Origin: an uncultured Acidobacteriota bacterium
GTDB taxonomy: Bacteria > Acidobacteriota > UBA6911 > RPQK01 > JAPXNP01
Direction of reading: 5' to 3'
Assembly: GCA_963777605.1 (NCBI GenBank)
Contig: CAVZRV010000035.1
Location: 32,001-96,000, forward strand
Length of the DNA stretch: 64,000 bases
Both the position numbers and the translations under genes were made by a program. Position 1 is the first letter of the stretch, and every line of letters begins with the position of its first letter. The notes beneath the pieces were generated by a model, which did not search any database, was not told the origin of the DNA, and saw nothing but the letters and a program-made list of their open reading frames with translations. This document shows positions 28,765 to 39,755 of the stretch, piece by piece.

Positions 28765-30033
28765 CTAATCCTCGTCCACCTGGATTTCCGAGCGTTTCAG
28801 TGTCGATTTCAGATAGAAGCTCCCTTTGGAGACCACCGGAGTTCCCTCAGCCAAGCCCTCCACTTCGATCCAGCCGTCTGCCTTCAGTCCAGTCGTCACC
28901 GGAACGCTCCGGAACTGGCCCGGGCTCTCCATCACAAACACCACATCCTGTTCGTCCAGGTTCTGAAGTGCCCCTTCCGGGACAGCCACACCCGTCTTCT
29001 CGTCAGTAGTGGGTATCCGAACCGAAACGAACATCTCCAGTTTCAGGAGGTTTAAGGGGTTGAAGACGACACAACGCACCTGCGCCGTCCGCGTCTCCTT
29101 TTCCAGAACATCGCTGATGTAGGTCAGCCGTCCCTGAAAATTCCGGCCGGGATAGGATTCGCTGACGATTTGTACATCCTGCCCCTCGCGGATCCGTGCC
29201 AGGTCCTTTTCGTAGACATCGGCCAGGACCCAGACCGTACCGACGTCGGCAAGAGTCATGAGTTCTCGAGAAGGCTCAACCAGTTCTCCCTCGGCGATGT
29301 TGTAGCCGATGATGACGCCAGAAAACGGGGCTCGGAGCGTGCTGTGAGTGGCTGTCCGATGCCCTCCTGAACCGCGAGGATCCTCCAGTGCAACGATCTC
29401 TTTCTCAGTGAGACCAAAGCGGTGCAGTTTCTCTTCAGACCGGGCGATTTCGCTCCGCTGACTTTCAACCATGGCTTTGGCGTTCCTGTATTGAGCCTCG
29501 CGAAGCTCGACTTCCTTCTTTGCGATCGCCTGCGCCTCGAGCAGTTCGACCCCTCGCTCCCAGAACTTGCGGGCAACTTCCTGTTCAGAAATGTACATTT
29601 GCAGTCGAGCTTGCTGGCTCAGATACTCGCCGATCAACTCGCCGAGTTCGATGTTGTCGTACAGGATCAGTGGGTCTCCCTCCCGTACACGATCACCGCG
29701 ACGAACAAACACTTTTTCGGCAACGCCGCGGGCCAGCGGTCGGATGTGGGCGACCCGCGCCTCATTGGGAGACACGGCCCCGGTGGCCGACAGATGCTCT
29801 TGGAGTCGGATCACCCTGCTGTCTTCAAGTTGAATCGCCCCCATTCGGATTTGATCCGGGCTCAGCTCCACAACATCCTCAGATGGTTCGTCGCGCGCCA
29901 TCGCATCATGACCCGCCTCACTCCGGACGATACCGATTTCCGCGGATCCGCCGGGACCGCAAGCGACCAGACCCAGGCCGATGAACATCAACAGCAGACG
30001 TTGCACGGTGCAGAAGTTTCTTTGCTTTCCCAT
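28765..30033 (-). CDS. czcB: RND periplasmic adaptor (CzcB-like)
   Basis: Lipoprotein-like signal; LRAPFSGVI, VWVLADVYEKDL, ETRTAQVR. Confidence 0.92.
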   Translation of the reverse strand: MGKQRNFCTVQRLLLMFIGLGLVACGPGGSAEIGIVRSEAGHDAMARDEPSEDVVELSPDQIRMGAIQLEDSRVIRLQEHLSATGAVSPNEARVAHIRPLARGVAEKVFVRRGDRVREGDPLILYDNIELGELIGEYLSQQARLQMYISEQEVARKFWERGVELLEAQAIAKKEVELREAQYRNAKAMVESQRSEIARSEEKLHRFGLTEKEIVALEDPRGSGGHRTATHSTLRAPFSGVIIGYNIAEGELVEPSRELMTLADVGTVWVLADVYEKDLARIREGQDVQIVSESYPGRNFQGRLTYISDVLEKETRTAQVRCVVFNPLNLLKLEMFVSVRIPTTDEKTGVAVPEGALQNLDEQDVVFVMESPGQFRSVPVTTGLKADGWIEVEGLAEGTPVVSKGSFYLKSTLKRSEIQVDED

Positions 30034-30035
30034 TT

Positions 30036-31292
30036 CTATAAGTCCTCGCCGATTGCCCGTTCGAGCCGAGCTCGACTGATTTCGAAATCGTACAGCGCCT
30101 GGTTGTAGAGCAGCATGGTTTCGCTGTAGGTCCGCTCCGCATCCAGAAACTCGATCAGGGAGGCTTCCCCAAGGCGGTATGAGGCCTCCGTGATGTCCCG
30201 GGCCTGCTCGGCCTTCTCGAGGTATTCGTTCTCCAGCGCCTGGATCCGCCGTCGGCCTCCCGCGAGCTGTTCGAGGGCGATGCTCACTTCCTTGAGAACC
30301 ATGATCTGTCCAAACAGCAGCTGGTTCTCCTGGCGTCGCCTCTCAGCCTGCGCCCGGTGAATCGGCCCTTCGTTTTGGTTGAAAACGAACAGCGGCAGTT
30401 CAATCCCGGCAATCGGACCGTTCGAGTCGATTTGCCGCTGATATCCGGCAAAGGCGGTCGGATTTGGCTTCGATCTCGCCTGCTCCAGTTCGATCGCCAG
30501 GTCGGCCCGGGTGACTCGGGCACGCTCTGCCGCAAGGTCCGGCCGCTGTCTCAGCGCGATCTCTCTCAGTTCTCCCTCCGACGGCGGCGAGAAGGAAGGG
30601 TTGAAGCTGTCGGCAGCCTGGAACTGTTGAGTGAAGTCACTGGATCCGACAAGCGCCAACAGGTCGACCTTTGCACTGTCCAGGCGGACTTCCGCGTCGA
30701 CGACGGCGGCCAAGAAGGGGTACTCTGCCGCCTCGGTGCGCCGAAGTTCACCTCCCGAGATTTCCCCGGACTCGAAGCGGGTCCGGTTCAGTTGAACGAT
30801 TTCCTTGAAGCGCTGAAGAATCCTACGAGCCAGCTCAAGGTCGCGCTCAGCCAGGACCACCTGGTAGTAGACCTGTTTGAGATCGTAGTTGAGCAGCCGG
30901 AGCAGGTCTTCCACTTGAATCGACGCGATCTCCGTGTCGGCCATTTCAACGCGGGTTCTTTTGTCTCTCTTTCCCCCGGTCAGGAACTCCTGACGCAGAG
31001 TCAGTAAGGGCTGAAGGCGGTCCACGAAGCTGCCTCTTTCCGAGTCAAACACCAACCCTTCTGAACCGAACGAAAACGTTGGATTCGGGTATCGCTTCAC
31101 ATCCAGGACATCGCCCTTTTCGGCGTCGATCTCCTGCTTTTTCGCTTGAAGGGCAGGATTGCTGTCCAGAAGCGACCGAGCCTCCTTCAGGGTGAGTCGC
31201 TCAGGAATTCTGACATCTGTTTGGGCCTGCAGCAGGCTGCAGACTGTCATCGATATCGCCGCCAGAGCGGCCAGGGTTCTATTGAGGAACAA
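30036..31292 (-). CDS. czcC: TolC-family outer membrane factor (CzcC-like)
   Basis: Signal peptide; YPNPTF, RPDL, SYRLGEASLIEFLDAER. Confidence 0.92.
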   Translation of the reverse strand: MFLNRTLAALAAISMTVCSLLQAQTDVRIPERLTLKEARSLLDSNPALQAKKQEIDAEKGDVLDVKRYPNPTFSFGSEGLVFDSERGSFVDRLQPLLTLRQEFLTGGKRDKRTRVEMADTEIASIQVEDLLRLLNYDLKQVYYQVVLAERDLELARRILQRFKEIVQLNRTRFESGEISGGELRRTEAAEYPFLAAVVDAEVRLDSAKVDLLALVGSSDFTQQFQAADSFNPSFSPPSEGELREIALRQRPDLAAERARVTRADLAIELEQARSKPNPTAFAGYQRQIDSNGPIAGIELPLFVFNQNEGPIHRAQAERRRQENQLLFGQIMVLKEVSIALEQLAGGRRRIQALENEYLEKAEQARDITEASYRLGEASLIEFLDAERTYSETMLLYNQALYDFEISRARLERAIGEDL

Positions 31293-31397
31293 CGCTTTTT
31301 CCCCTTGGTCTTGAGTAGTTGAGCATCTATCAACAGTTTCCCGGACAGACTAAGACCCGGGTTCCACTGATAAATCAGAGTTGGAGAAGGATTGCGA

Positions 31398-31748
31398 TCA
31401 GGCTGCTAATGGCGGGTGAAAAAAGTCGGAAGGGAGAGAATCTCTGATCAATTCCACATTGAATTCGAGTTCGTCGTACTGCGGCTGAAAGCCAAGAACG
31501 GTCCCCTGCGTCAACGATACACTCGTGGCGTGAAGCAAGCAAAAGTGAATGTGGATTGGCTCTTCATTGGGGAATGGGGACGACCGCTCAAACCCGTCCT
31601 GGAGAACGCAGTTGTCCTCTGTATGAGGCACCGGTTTCGCTGTCACAGTGGTTTCAGGAGACGGACCACAAAAGCCACAAGCCAACTGGTCCAAGGTCGG
31701 AGCCAGGAGGAAAATCAGCAAACTGAGAATCGTTGAGGCGCGAAGCAC
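31398..31748 (-). CDS. Secreted His/Cys-rich hypothetical protein (CzcI-like position)
   Basis: Signal peptide, CxxC, HIHFCLLH, C-terminal FFHPP; first gene before czcC. Confidence 0.55.
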   Translation of the reverse strand: MLRASTILSLLIFLLAPTLDQLACGFCGPSPETTVTAKPVPHTEDNCVLQDGFERSSPFPNEEPIHIHFCLLHATSVSLTQGTVLGFQPQYDELEFNVELIRDSLPSDFFHPPLAA

Positions 31749-31896
31749 GTCGGGGTAGTTTAGCAGGTGCTTCTTCCTCCGATCAAACAGGCGGGTGCTT
31801 CGGTTCTCACGATCTGGCCGATCTCCTTGGCAAACTGGCGTCCTTGCGACACGAGGTCTTTCAGCGGCAACATTCTTGGCCTGCTCTGGCCAATTT

Positions 31897-32254
31897 CTAG
31901 ACAGAAGGATTCGCCCTTCTCCAGTCCACCCACTCTTCCTTTCGAACGGAGTTGATGAACCCGCAGCTCAGATGCAGCGTCTTCCTCCGCTGCCAGAGTG
32001 ACCAGGTGTACTCCGGGAACTGGCTCTGGGCGATCTTAAACTTGAGCAGGCCGTCCTCCCAGATGTGCATCCCCTTCACCTCGATGGACTCCTGCCTTCC
32101 GCCCGGGTAGAGCACCTTGAAGTCGAGTGTACCAGGTCCGGTCTGCGGCGCTCGTCAGCCGGAACTTCTGGGCCTCGAAGCGCCAGCTGGCGATCTCGCC
32201 GGATTTGCGTTGCGCCTCCATCCGGTCGGCGAAGGCCCGCTCCGTCTTCGTCAT
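31897..32254 (-). pseudogene. Phage DUF1064-like PD-(D/E)xK nuclease, frameshifted
   Basis: MTKTERAFAD...GEIASWRFE...WYT then DFKVLY...IEVKG in another frame (shift ~32127). Confidence 0.65.
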
Positions 32255-32605
32255 CAGGGGAATGGTCGGTGTCGCGTTCGGCTCACTTCCCGGATCCAGG
32301 CGTGGCCGATCATCACAATGCGGCTGCACAAATTGACTGGGTCGGCGGCAAGAAGCTGAAAGAACTTGCTTTGCTGCACTTTCAGTGCGATATTCCGGGA
32401 AGTCTTATGCGGGCAGAAATCAAAAAGCCCGCATCTTCTCGGAATCAATCTGGTTCTGTTTGTGTCTTGGGAGACCTCACACGAAGGCAGGAATCAGCCT
32501 GATCACGCTTGGCGTTCTGGGGTGGCTCCGCAGTTTACTCTCAAGATTCGGATGGCCATTTGCGGGAAATCGCCTGGAATCCGCAATGGCCGATTCCAGA
32601 CTGAC

Positions 32606-32676
32606 GCATAACAAGTCATTCCAGCGAAAGGTCAGGAGCTGCGCTTCTTGTCATCCGCTGAGTTCCAACCTTAGGC
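32606..32676 (+). other. Integron attC site (degenerate R')
   Basis: GCATAAC aagtcattccagcg...cgctgagttccaac CTTAGGC. Confidence 0.7.
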
Positions 32677-32706
32677 GCGCTCGAGGTGCATGGGAGAGAA
32701 ACAGGT

Positions 32707-32841
32707 ATGAAGAGGAACGGATTGCAGGAGAGTGGGTCTCCTTCTCAGTTTATCGACGCGAGAATCGAGGAGCTTGGCGACTGGCGGGGCAAAATGCTCA
32801 GCCGGATCCGTACATTGATTAAAGAGGCATTGTCAACTTAA
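32707..32841 (+). pseudogene. DUF1801 protein, N-terminal fragment (truncated cassette gene)
   Basis: Manual translation SPSQFIDARIEELGDWRGKMLSRIRTLIKEA then early stop. Confidence 0.75.
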
Positions 32842-33092
32842 GGCGATAGCGGAAGGCAAGAGAAAGAAGACTCGAGGCGCGGAAAAGGACCCGACTCAGG
32901 GAGGCTTTGCGAGATCCGTGCCTCGATCGCACCTTACGCGCTGAAACTCGAAACCTCGGAACCCCGAAAATCTCGCGGAATCCGAAACCCGCCACCGGGG
33001 AGTTCCCGGCCGGTCCGGAGAACCTTCCGGGTACTGGATGCGTTCTCCTGCTGTGGCCTCTGCGCCAGATTCAGAGTGCCCGAGGAGTTCAC

Positions 33093-34454
33093 ATGCACTG
33101 CGACCGACACACAATTCTGTTTCCAGCCTTCACGATGCTGCTGTCCTCCTTCCTGGGGGCGGCTCTGGCGATGGACGATTGCCCTGCCCGGAAAGTAGAT
33201 TCCTTGTTTCAGACGATCGGCACGGCAGCGCCGGGAGCTGCGGTTCTGGTCACCGAGAACGGCCGGGTGTTGTACGAGCACGGATACGGCCTGGCAGACG
33301 TCGAGAAAGGGGTGCCCATGACCCCGACCACCCGAGTCTGCATCGCATCGGTGACAAAGCAGTTCACCGCTGCCGCCGTCCTGATTTTGACCGAGCGAGG
33401 TCGGATCAATCTCGATCAGCCGGTTCAGGCTTATCTGCCCGACTTCTCACACGGCGATATCACGGTCCGGCAGCTGCTCACCCACACCTCCGGCCTGCCA
33501 GACTTTGTCAATTATGATCAGGCGAATGCGATGCCTCTCGACGCGAGCCCGGGGGATCGCCTGAACTACAGCAATACGGGGTACATGGTGCTGGGCAAAC
33601 TCATAGAGAAAGTCTCCGGTCTCTCCTATGCCGCGTTTCTGGATGAGAACATCTTCAAGCCCCTGATGCTGGAAAACACGGGTCTCGACTCGGCGGCGTC
33701 GGTCTCCTCGCGAGCCCAGGGCTACCTGAACGAGGGCAATGGTTTTCGGGCGACGCCTCCCCATTCCGTGGAAGACGCCTATGCCGCAGGCGGACTGTAT
33801 TCTACGGTCGAGGATCTCTATCTGTGGGACCAGTCCTGGTATGACAATCGCCTACTTCGTCCCGCCAGTATCGAGGCCGCATTGACTCCGGTACAGTTAA
33901 ACGATGGCCGAAAGGCTCCCTATGGATTCGGCTGGATGATCACCGAGTTTCGCGGCGCGCGTGAAATCTCCCACGGAGGCGACATCACCGGTTTCAACTC
34001 GTTCATCGCCCGCTATCCGGACCTGCACTTCAGTGTTGTGGTGTTGAGCAATATCGGGATGCGTCCGCCCGGGCCCCTGCCCAGCGCCGCCGACCTGGCC
34101 CACACGATTGCAGCCATTTACCTGGGTGAGAAGCTGGCTCCCGAACAGGTTCCAGTTCCCGCTGAGGTCGATGCGTCCGTTCTGCGCTCCTACGTGGGGC
34201 GCTATCGCCTTGACGCCCCGGCACAGATCACCAGCGAGTCCGGCGAAATCTTTACCATCACCCTCGAAGACGGCCACCTCCTGGGAGAAAGCAAGAATGG
34301 GAAAGGCGAGCTGTTTGCGGACTCGGAGACAATGTTTCATCCGGTTGGATTTCCGGTCAAGATTACGTTCCTCCGCAGCCCGGGTGGAACGGTCGATGAA
34401 CTACTCTTCAGCCTGATGGGACTGCGCGAATTCGCGGCCCACCGTGTAGACTGA
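33093..34454 (+). CDS. Serine hydrolase, class C beta-lactamase/PBP-like, with C-terminal DUF3471-like domain
   Basis: SVTK, LLTHTSG, YSN, HGG. Confidence 0.9.
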   Translation: MHCDRHTILFPAFTMLLSSFLGAALAMDDCPARKVDSLFQTIGTAAPGAAVLVTENGRVLYEHGYGLADVEKGVPMTPTTRVCIASVTKQFTAAAVLILTERGRINLDQPVQAYLPDFSHGDITVRQLLTHTSGLPDFVNYDQANAMPLDASPGDRLNYSNTGYMVLGKLIEKVSGLSYAAFLDENIFKPLMLENTGLDSAASVSSRAQGYLNEGNGFRATPPHSVEDAYAAGGLYSTVEDLYLWDQSWYDNRLLRPASIEAALTPVQLNDGRKAPYGFGWMITEFRGAREISHGGDITGFNSFIARYPDLHFSVVVLSNIGMRPPGPLPSAADLAHTIAAIYLGEKLAPEQVPVPAEVDASVLRSYVGRYRLDAPAQITSESGEIFTITLEDGHLLGESKNGKGELFADSETMFHPVGFPVKITFLRSPGGTVDELLFSLMGLREFAAHRVD

Positions 34455-34526
34455 GGGGACCACAGCAACAGCCGAGGGGTTCTGGAAATCGGGCGGTTGA
34501 GTGCATTTCGCACTTTGCATTTCGGC

Positions 34527-34918
34527 TCACTCCTCGGCAATCTCTCTCTGGGGCGGGGCGTAGACCATCCTCCGTCCGCGGACATAGGATTCGTCGGCCA
34601 GAATGCCTGCAACCGCATGGGCGTGGCCAGCCTCCATGGGGGCGTTCGGCTCCTGGCGCGTCCTCAGACAGTCGAGCCAGTTCTTCATGTGGTGAACACT
34701 TTCAACCGTTGGCAGTCTCGAGCCGGATGTGATCCGGTCGAGCTCCCCCATCCCTTCGCAGCTGAGCGGCCATTCCCCGTTCGAGGACCAGTCGTTGCAA
34801 TCGATGGAACCCCGAGTCCCGTAGACCATGTTGAAATGGAATCCCCCATTGCATTGGCTCGAGCAGTAGGAAAGCTTCCATCAGGGACCGGGCGTCCATT
34901 TTTCAACTTGAGCATCAA
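34527..34918 (-). pseudogene. Gfo/Idh/MocA oxidoreductase C-terminal fragment
   Basis: HMKNWLDCLRTRQEPNAPMEAGHAHAVAGILADES. Confidence 0.7.
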
Positions 34919-34973
34919 GGTGCGACTTCAGGAACTTGGAATGAACCACGGTGACTAATAAAGAGAAGGTGAG

Positions 34974-36485
34974 GTGCCCGTGAAATCCGGAAGACTTCGT
35001 CCGTTGGGCCCGCTATCCATTGGTTTAGTCGCCATCATAGGACTGACCACAAGCAACAACATGCTGTCCAGTAGCGCAGGACTTTATGATCGCCTGCATC
35101 CCGTTCTGGAGCAGGCAGTCGCAGACCTCAAGGCGCCCGGGATGGTAGTCGCAGTCATTCGCGGCGGGAGGATAGACTACCTGGAGGCCTTTGGCGTTCG
35201 GGACCTCGAAGAACCGAATGCACTGGTGACGCCTGAGACACTCTTCCAAATGGCCTCGGTCACCAAGACCTTTTCGGCGACCGGCGTGCTGCAACTGGTT
35301 GAGCAGGGGAAACTGGATCTGGATGCCCCGGTGGCCCACTACCTGAACTATTTCCGGATGGCAGATCCCTGGTACGCCCAGATTACGGCGAGGCAATTGC
35401 TGAGCCACAGCTCCGGAATGCCGAATGTGGAGAATCCCGAATTCGAAAATGCCCAATTTGACAGCGGTGCCCTGGAACGGTTCGTCCGAAGCCTTGGAGC
35501 GCGGTCCCTTATCGCTTCTCCCGGAACCGAATTCCACTACAGCAATATCGGTTACGCTGTGCTTGGAGACCTCGTTGCCAAGATCAGCGGCGAAGTATTC
35601 GAAGAGTACGTTCAGAAGCACATTCTGCAACCACTCGCTATGAACCAGAGCACACTGCTGCTCGAGCGGGCTCGCAACAACGAACTGGCTGGCCCCCATA
35701 TTGTGAGTCTTGCCTACGAGATCACCTCAACTCGCTTGTTTCCGTATAACCGGGCGCTTTCTCCCGCTGCGACACTCTTCTCGAACGGCTCGGAAATGTG
35801 TCGTTGGGCATTAGCGAATCTCAATCGGGGTGCTTTGGACGGCGTGCGAATTCTGGCGGACTCCACCTACGAGCTCATGTGGCAGCCCACAGGTGAAGGG
35901 TTCTCGCATATGGGGTTGGGTTGGTTTCTTTGGACCTATCGAGGGCACAGAATGGTCGGGCATTCCGGCAGCGACCTGGGTTTCGTAACCGACCTGCAAT
36001 TGATGCCAGAACAGGGAATTGCCGTCGTCGTGATGATGAACCGCGACCGCGGATCGATTCGTCCCGTCGTAAGTGCCGCACTGGACGCCGCTCTGGGACT
36101 ATCCCCAGAACCCATTGTGGTCAAACCTTGGCTGGCCAAGCAAATCTATAGGATGATCAACAGCGAGGGTGTGGCATCGGCGATAAAAAGGTATCGGGAG
36201 CTCAAGAAGCAACCGTCCGAACAGCTCGACTTGAATGAATGGGTCCTGAACGACGTCGGCTACCACCTTTTGCGGCAGGGAAGAACGGATGAAGCAGTCC
36301 ATGTCTTCGAGGTCAACGTGGAAGACTACCCGGCATCATCCAATGCGCATGACAGTCTTGCCGACGGATACTGGAATTTGGGGGACCGCGATCAGGCGGT
36401 GTATCACTATCGAAAGTCGCTCGAATTGAATCCGAACAACCGGAAGGCAGAAGAGCGCATCAAGGCGAAATCAGAGATGCCCTGA
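34974..36485 (+). CDS. Serine hydrolase (class C beta-lactamase-like) with C-terminal TPR
   Basis: SVTK, LLSHSSG, YSN, HSG; NDVGYHLL...NAHDSLAD...KSLELNP. Confidence 0.92.
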   Translation: MPVKSGRLRPLGPLSIGLVAIIGLTTSNNMLSSSAGLYDRLHPVLEQAVADLKAPGMVVAVIRGGRIDYLEAFGVRDLEEPNALVTPETLFQMASVTKTFSATGVLQLVEQGKLDLDAPVAHYLNYFRMADPWYAQITARQLLSHSSGMPNVENPEFENAQFDSGALERFVRSLGARSLIASPGTEFHYSNIGYAVLGDLVAKISGEVFEEYVQKHILQPLAMNQSTLLLERARNNELAGPHIVSLAYEITSTRLFPYNRALSPAATLFSNGSEMCRWALANLNRGALDGVRILADSTYELMWQPTGEGFSHMGLGWFLWTYRGHRMVGHSGSDLGFVTDLQLMPEQGIAVVVMMNRDRGSIRPVVSAALDAALGLSPEPIVVKPWLAKQIYRMINSEGVASAIKRYRELKKQPSEQLDLNEWVLNDVGYHLLRQGRTDEAVHVFEVNVEDYPASSNAHDSLADGYWNLGDRDQAVYHYRKSLELNPNNRKAEERIKAKSEMP

Positions 36486-36534
36486 CTGCGGCGACTGTAC
36501 CCGCATTTGGGTTCGAAGTCGGACTGCACGAACC

Positions 36535-38181
36535 ATGGTTCAAAGACTGACATTATCACTGGTAACGGTGCTGACCCTGGCAGTGGCTATCGCCCCGCTC
36601 AGAAGCCGGAGACTCGAAGGGGCGGAGTGCCAGCCGACCCTGATCATCTGGAATGCCCGGGTGTGGACCGGCAATCCGAATCAACCGCGAGCGGAGGCAG
36701 TTGCATTTGTAGGTCATCGCATCCTCCTCGTTGGTACGAACGAGGAGGTGCTGTCTTCTCGCCAGCCTTCGACAAAGCTGGTTGATGCTGGAGGAAATTC
36801 GGTATTACCCGGGTTCATCGATGCCCATTTTCATCTTCTTGATCTCAAGCCGCCCAAGGAATCGATCAATCTGCGCTGGGCGTCAAGCAAGCGGGAGTTC
36901 ATCGAAACTGTCGCCGGATATACCCGATCGGTTCCGGAGGGAGAATGGATCCTGGGAGAGGGCTGGGACGAACGGAAGTGGGGCGGTGAGCTGCCCGAAA
37001 GGGGATGGATCGACTCCGTTACCGGACACAATCCGGTCTGGCTCGTAAGGAACCACGGAGGAGCCGGACTGGCCAATTCGCAGGCTCTGAAGGCAGCCGG
37101 AATAACTGTGAGTTCGAGCCGAAACCTTCAGGGAGTTGCCCTCGATCCGAATGGAATACCCACCGGGCTGATTCGCGGAGGGCCTATGTGGCTCATCGAC
37201 GCCGCCCAGGTTGAAAGACACTTGGGGACTGCAGGTGATGAGGCCGAAGCCCTCATGCACCGTCTCGCTGCCCTTGGGGTCACCTCGGTACACCACACCG
37301 GGAACTGGCAGGAACTACTCGTCTTCCAGATGCTGGATCGAGAGCACAGGCTTCCCATTCGGATCTACGCCGGGGTCCCGTTTCTGGGCTGGGAGAGGCT
37401 GCGCGACTATATTGCTGCTAACGGCAGGGGGGATCGCCTTCTCCATTGGGGCGGTCTGAAGCTTTTCAGGGATATCCCCTGGATCGAGGGAGATACGTCA
37501 ATTCCGACAAGGCTGGACCGCTGGGCAATTCTCCCGACTGAGGGCGAGGTAAGAGAATGGATTCTGGAGGCATCGAAGGCGCGACTGCAGATCATGGTCC
37601 ACGCCGGCGGGCTGCGCTTTCTGAAGCTCTTCAATCAGGTCCACGAGGCTCTGGGTTCTCCGGATCTCAGATTCCGGATCGAACACGCCCACGACATTCC
37701 ATCCGACTGGATTCCTTTATACGCGCGCGCCGGCGTGATCGCGAGTATCCAACCTCCTCTTCTGGCACACTTCGACATTAGAACGAAGCTGGGGCAGGCC
37801 AAGCCGATAAACCTCTTTCCGTGTCGAGCGTTGCTCGAGTCGGGAGTCACCATTGCATTTGGCACCGATGCAATCACGGCCAGTTCCCTGCTCTCGCCCT
37901 TTGAGGTGATAAGGATGGCTGTCGAACGCCCCGGTCCTGATGGACGGAGGTTAAGTCTTGAGCAGTGTCTGCAGGCTTATACCATCTCCGCGGCATATGC
38001 GGAGTTCGAAGAGAAGGAGAAAGGCACCATCGAACCGGGCAAATGGGCAGACACCATCCTGCTCGACCGTGACCTGTTCGCACAGCCAATCTCAGACCTC
38101 GGAGAGATTCGGGTCGTTCTCACTGTCATGGACGGAGAGATCGTCCATGGAGGTGCTTTGTATTCTGCGGGGGCCAACTAA
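36535..38181 (+). CDS. Amidohydrolase family 3 (YtcJ-like)
   Basis: LPGFIDAHFH, RFRIEHAH, AFGTD, GTIEPGKWAD. Confidence 0.92.
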   Translation: MVQRLTLSLVTVLTLAVAIAPLRSRRLEGAECQPTLIIWNARVWTGNPNQPRAEAVAFVGHRILLVGTNEEVLSSRQPSTKLVDAGGNSVLPGFIDAHFHLLDLKPPKESINLRWASSKREFIETVAGYTRSVPEGEWILGEGWDERKWGGELPERGWIDSVTGHNPVWLVRNHGGAGLANSQALKAAGITVSSSRNLQGVALDPNGIPTGLIRGGPMWLIDAAQVERHLGTAGDEAEALMHRLAALGVTSVHHTGNWQELLVFQMLDREHRLPIRIYAGVPFLGWERLRDYIAANGRGDRLLHWGGLKLFRDIPWIEGDTSIPTRLDRWAILPTEGEVREWILEASKARLQIMVHAGGLRFLKLFNQVHEALGSPDLRFRIEHAHDIPSDWIPLYARAGVIASIQPPLLAHFDIRTKLGQAKPINLFPCRALLESGVTIAFGTDAITASSLLSPFEVIRMAVERPGPDGRRLSLEQCLQAYTISAAYAEFEEKEKGTIEPGKWADTILLDRDLFAQPISDLGEIRVVLTVMDGEIVHGGALYSAGAN

Positions 38182-38230
38182 TCTCATATCACTCGTGACA
38201 TAACCATCACTGGAATCTGATAGGCCCATT

Positions 38231-38491
38231 TCAGGGATCACTGCGGCTTGCAACTGATTGGAATTTGAACAACTCGGCGACGTCGACTCCAAAAGCATTC
38301 GACAGTCGATTCAAGGTCTTAAGCGACAAGTTCCGCTGGCCATATTCAATGCGCTGGTAGTACTTGTATTCGAACCCAGACCGGCACATATCCTTCTGCC
38401 GAGGTCCTCCCTGGAGGGGGAACTGGCGAACTCCGCTATCCACTCCTCCTTTGGGCTTGTAATTTCCTGTGCACTTTCTGCCAGAATTCAT
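38231..38491 (-). pseudogene. XRE-family HTH regulator with disrupted N-terminus
   Basis: QKDM...YKYYQRIEYGQRNLSLKTLNRLSNAFGVDVAELF; the plausible N-terminal helix lies in another frame. Confidence 0.6.
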
Positions 38492-38556
38492 AAGGCCGGA
38501 TCTGGTCTACCTCGCTTCCCTCATAAACAGCCCTGCTTCACCGACTCCGATTCTCC

Positions 38557-38697
38557 TGTGTGAGACCCTGTGTGAGAGAATCTGGCCAAAACGTGGAAAA
38601 TCGTCCAAAATCGGCAAAACGGCGATTCCTCTAACTTCAGCAAGTTATTGAAAATGAGTAGGTTGTGAAGATCGTCAGGTTCTGCTTTGGGAGCAGG
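38557..38697 (+). other. att-like junction: arm repeats plus tRNA-Pro(UGG) anticodon-arm fragment
   Basis: tgtgtgaga x2; ~10-bp phased aaaa(t)cg repeats; ctgctttgggagcagg (38682-38697). Confidence 0.5.
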
Positions 38698-38865
38698 TCA
38701 TCGCTGAACGCGCCCTTGCTTTCGCGGCCAGGCTCTGGGGTTGTATTTTTCTCGTTGTGCAGTCCAAGGATTTTTGCGCAAGTGAGGTGGGCCAGTTTGG
38801 GGAAGAGTGGAAGAGCGTCGCCCCAGCCGCGCGGCGGAGCTTCCGCTCGCCGCTATCCAGCCGAA

Positions 38866-39755
38866 TCAACGGTCGCGCTCGATTGCTGCGGGCCCGGCGC
38901 GGGAGTGGGTTCGTTGTCGGAAGGCGGCTGCGGCTTTTTTGACGGTGTGTCTTGCGTAATACCGAGGATCGTCTTGTCGGAGCGGAATTCGGCCATGGCG
39001 GTGATGATCTTTTCCTCGGGGACTCCTCGGGCCAGGGCTCGCATGGCGTAGGCCCAGTCTTTTTCGGATTGGGAGCGGTGGCCGTCGGGGAGTTGGCGTT
39101 CTCCGGAGATTGGGGAGAGCTGTTCGGGGGTGAAGCGAGGGAACTGGTCGGGGCGGTAGATTTCGTCGGAGAGTTTCTCGGCGGTGACCGGATGGGGCGG
39201 GTCGTATTTGTGGTTGAGGAAGCCGGGGATTCGGAGGACCCGGGAGGAGTCGGTTGCGGCGGGGTCGGCGCCGGTTTCCCGGACGAGGGCTCGCTGGATT
39301 CCTTCGGCCTGGTCTTGCTCGAAGCCTTCCGCCTTCCAGATGATCTGGTACTTTCCGGCCGAGCTCTGGACGACATAGTTCGGGGTCGGAATGTCGGTTC
39401 GTTCGAGGAGACGATTCAGCGCTTCGGGGCCTCCGTGGTCGAGATCGAGATAGATGTGGCGGATGGTGCCGATGTCCTCCTTGGTCCGGCCGGTTGCCTG
39501 GGGTCGGAGGGCATTCATGGAGAGATAGACTTCGTAACGGCGGGAGTTCATGAAGCGAAGCCAGCGCTGGAAGTCTTCGGCGGCGATTCGCTCGGCCGAG
39601 GCGATCCGCTGAACCACGCCGCCATGTCTTCGGTTGACGAGGACGAGCGCGACTCGGTCTTTGGGTTCGAAGTTGTCGCGGATATAGGCGGCGGCCGTTT
39701 CCGAGTCGGTGCTCTGGTCTTTCAAGGTGTCGGTTCTTGATGCTGGGTCAATCAT
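38866..39755 (-). CDS. RepB-type (RSF1010 RepB'-like) DNA primase; frameshift near C-terminus
   Basis: VYLSMN, IYLDLD, VVQSSAGKYQIIW, ADPAATDSSRVLRIPGFLNHK, SQSEKDW; shift ~38973 restores DDPRYYARHTV. Confidence 0.8.
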
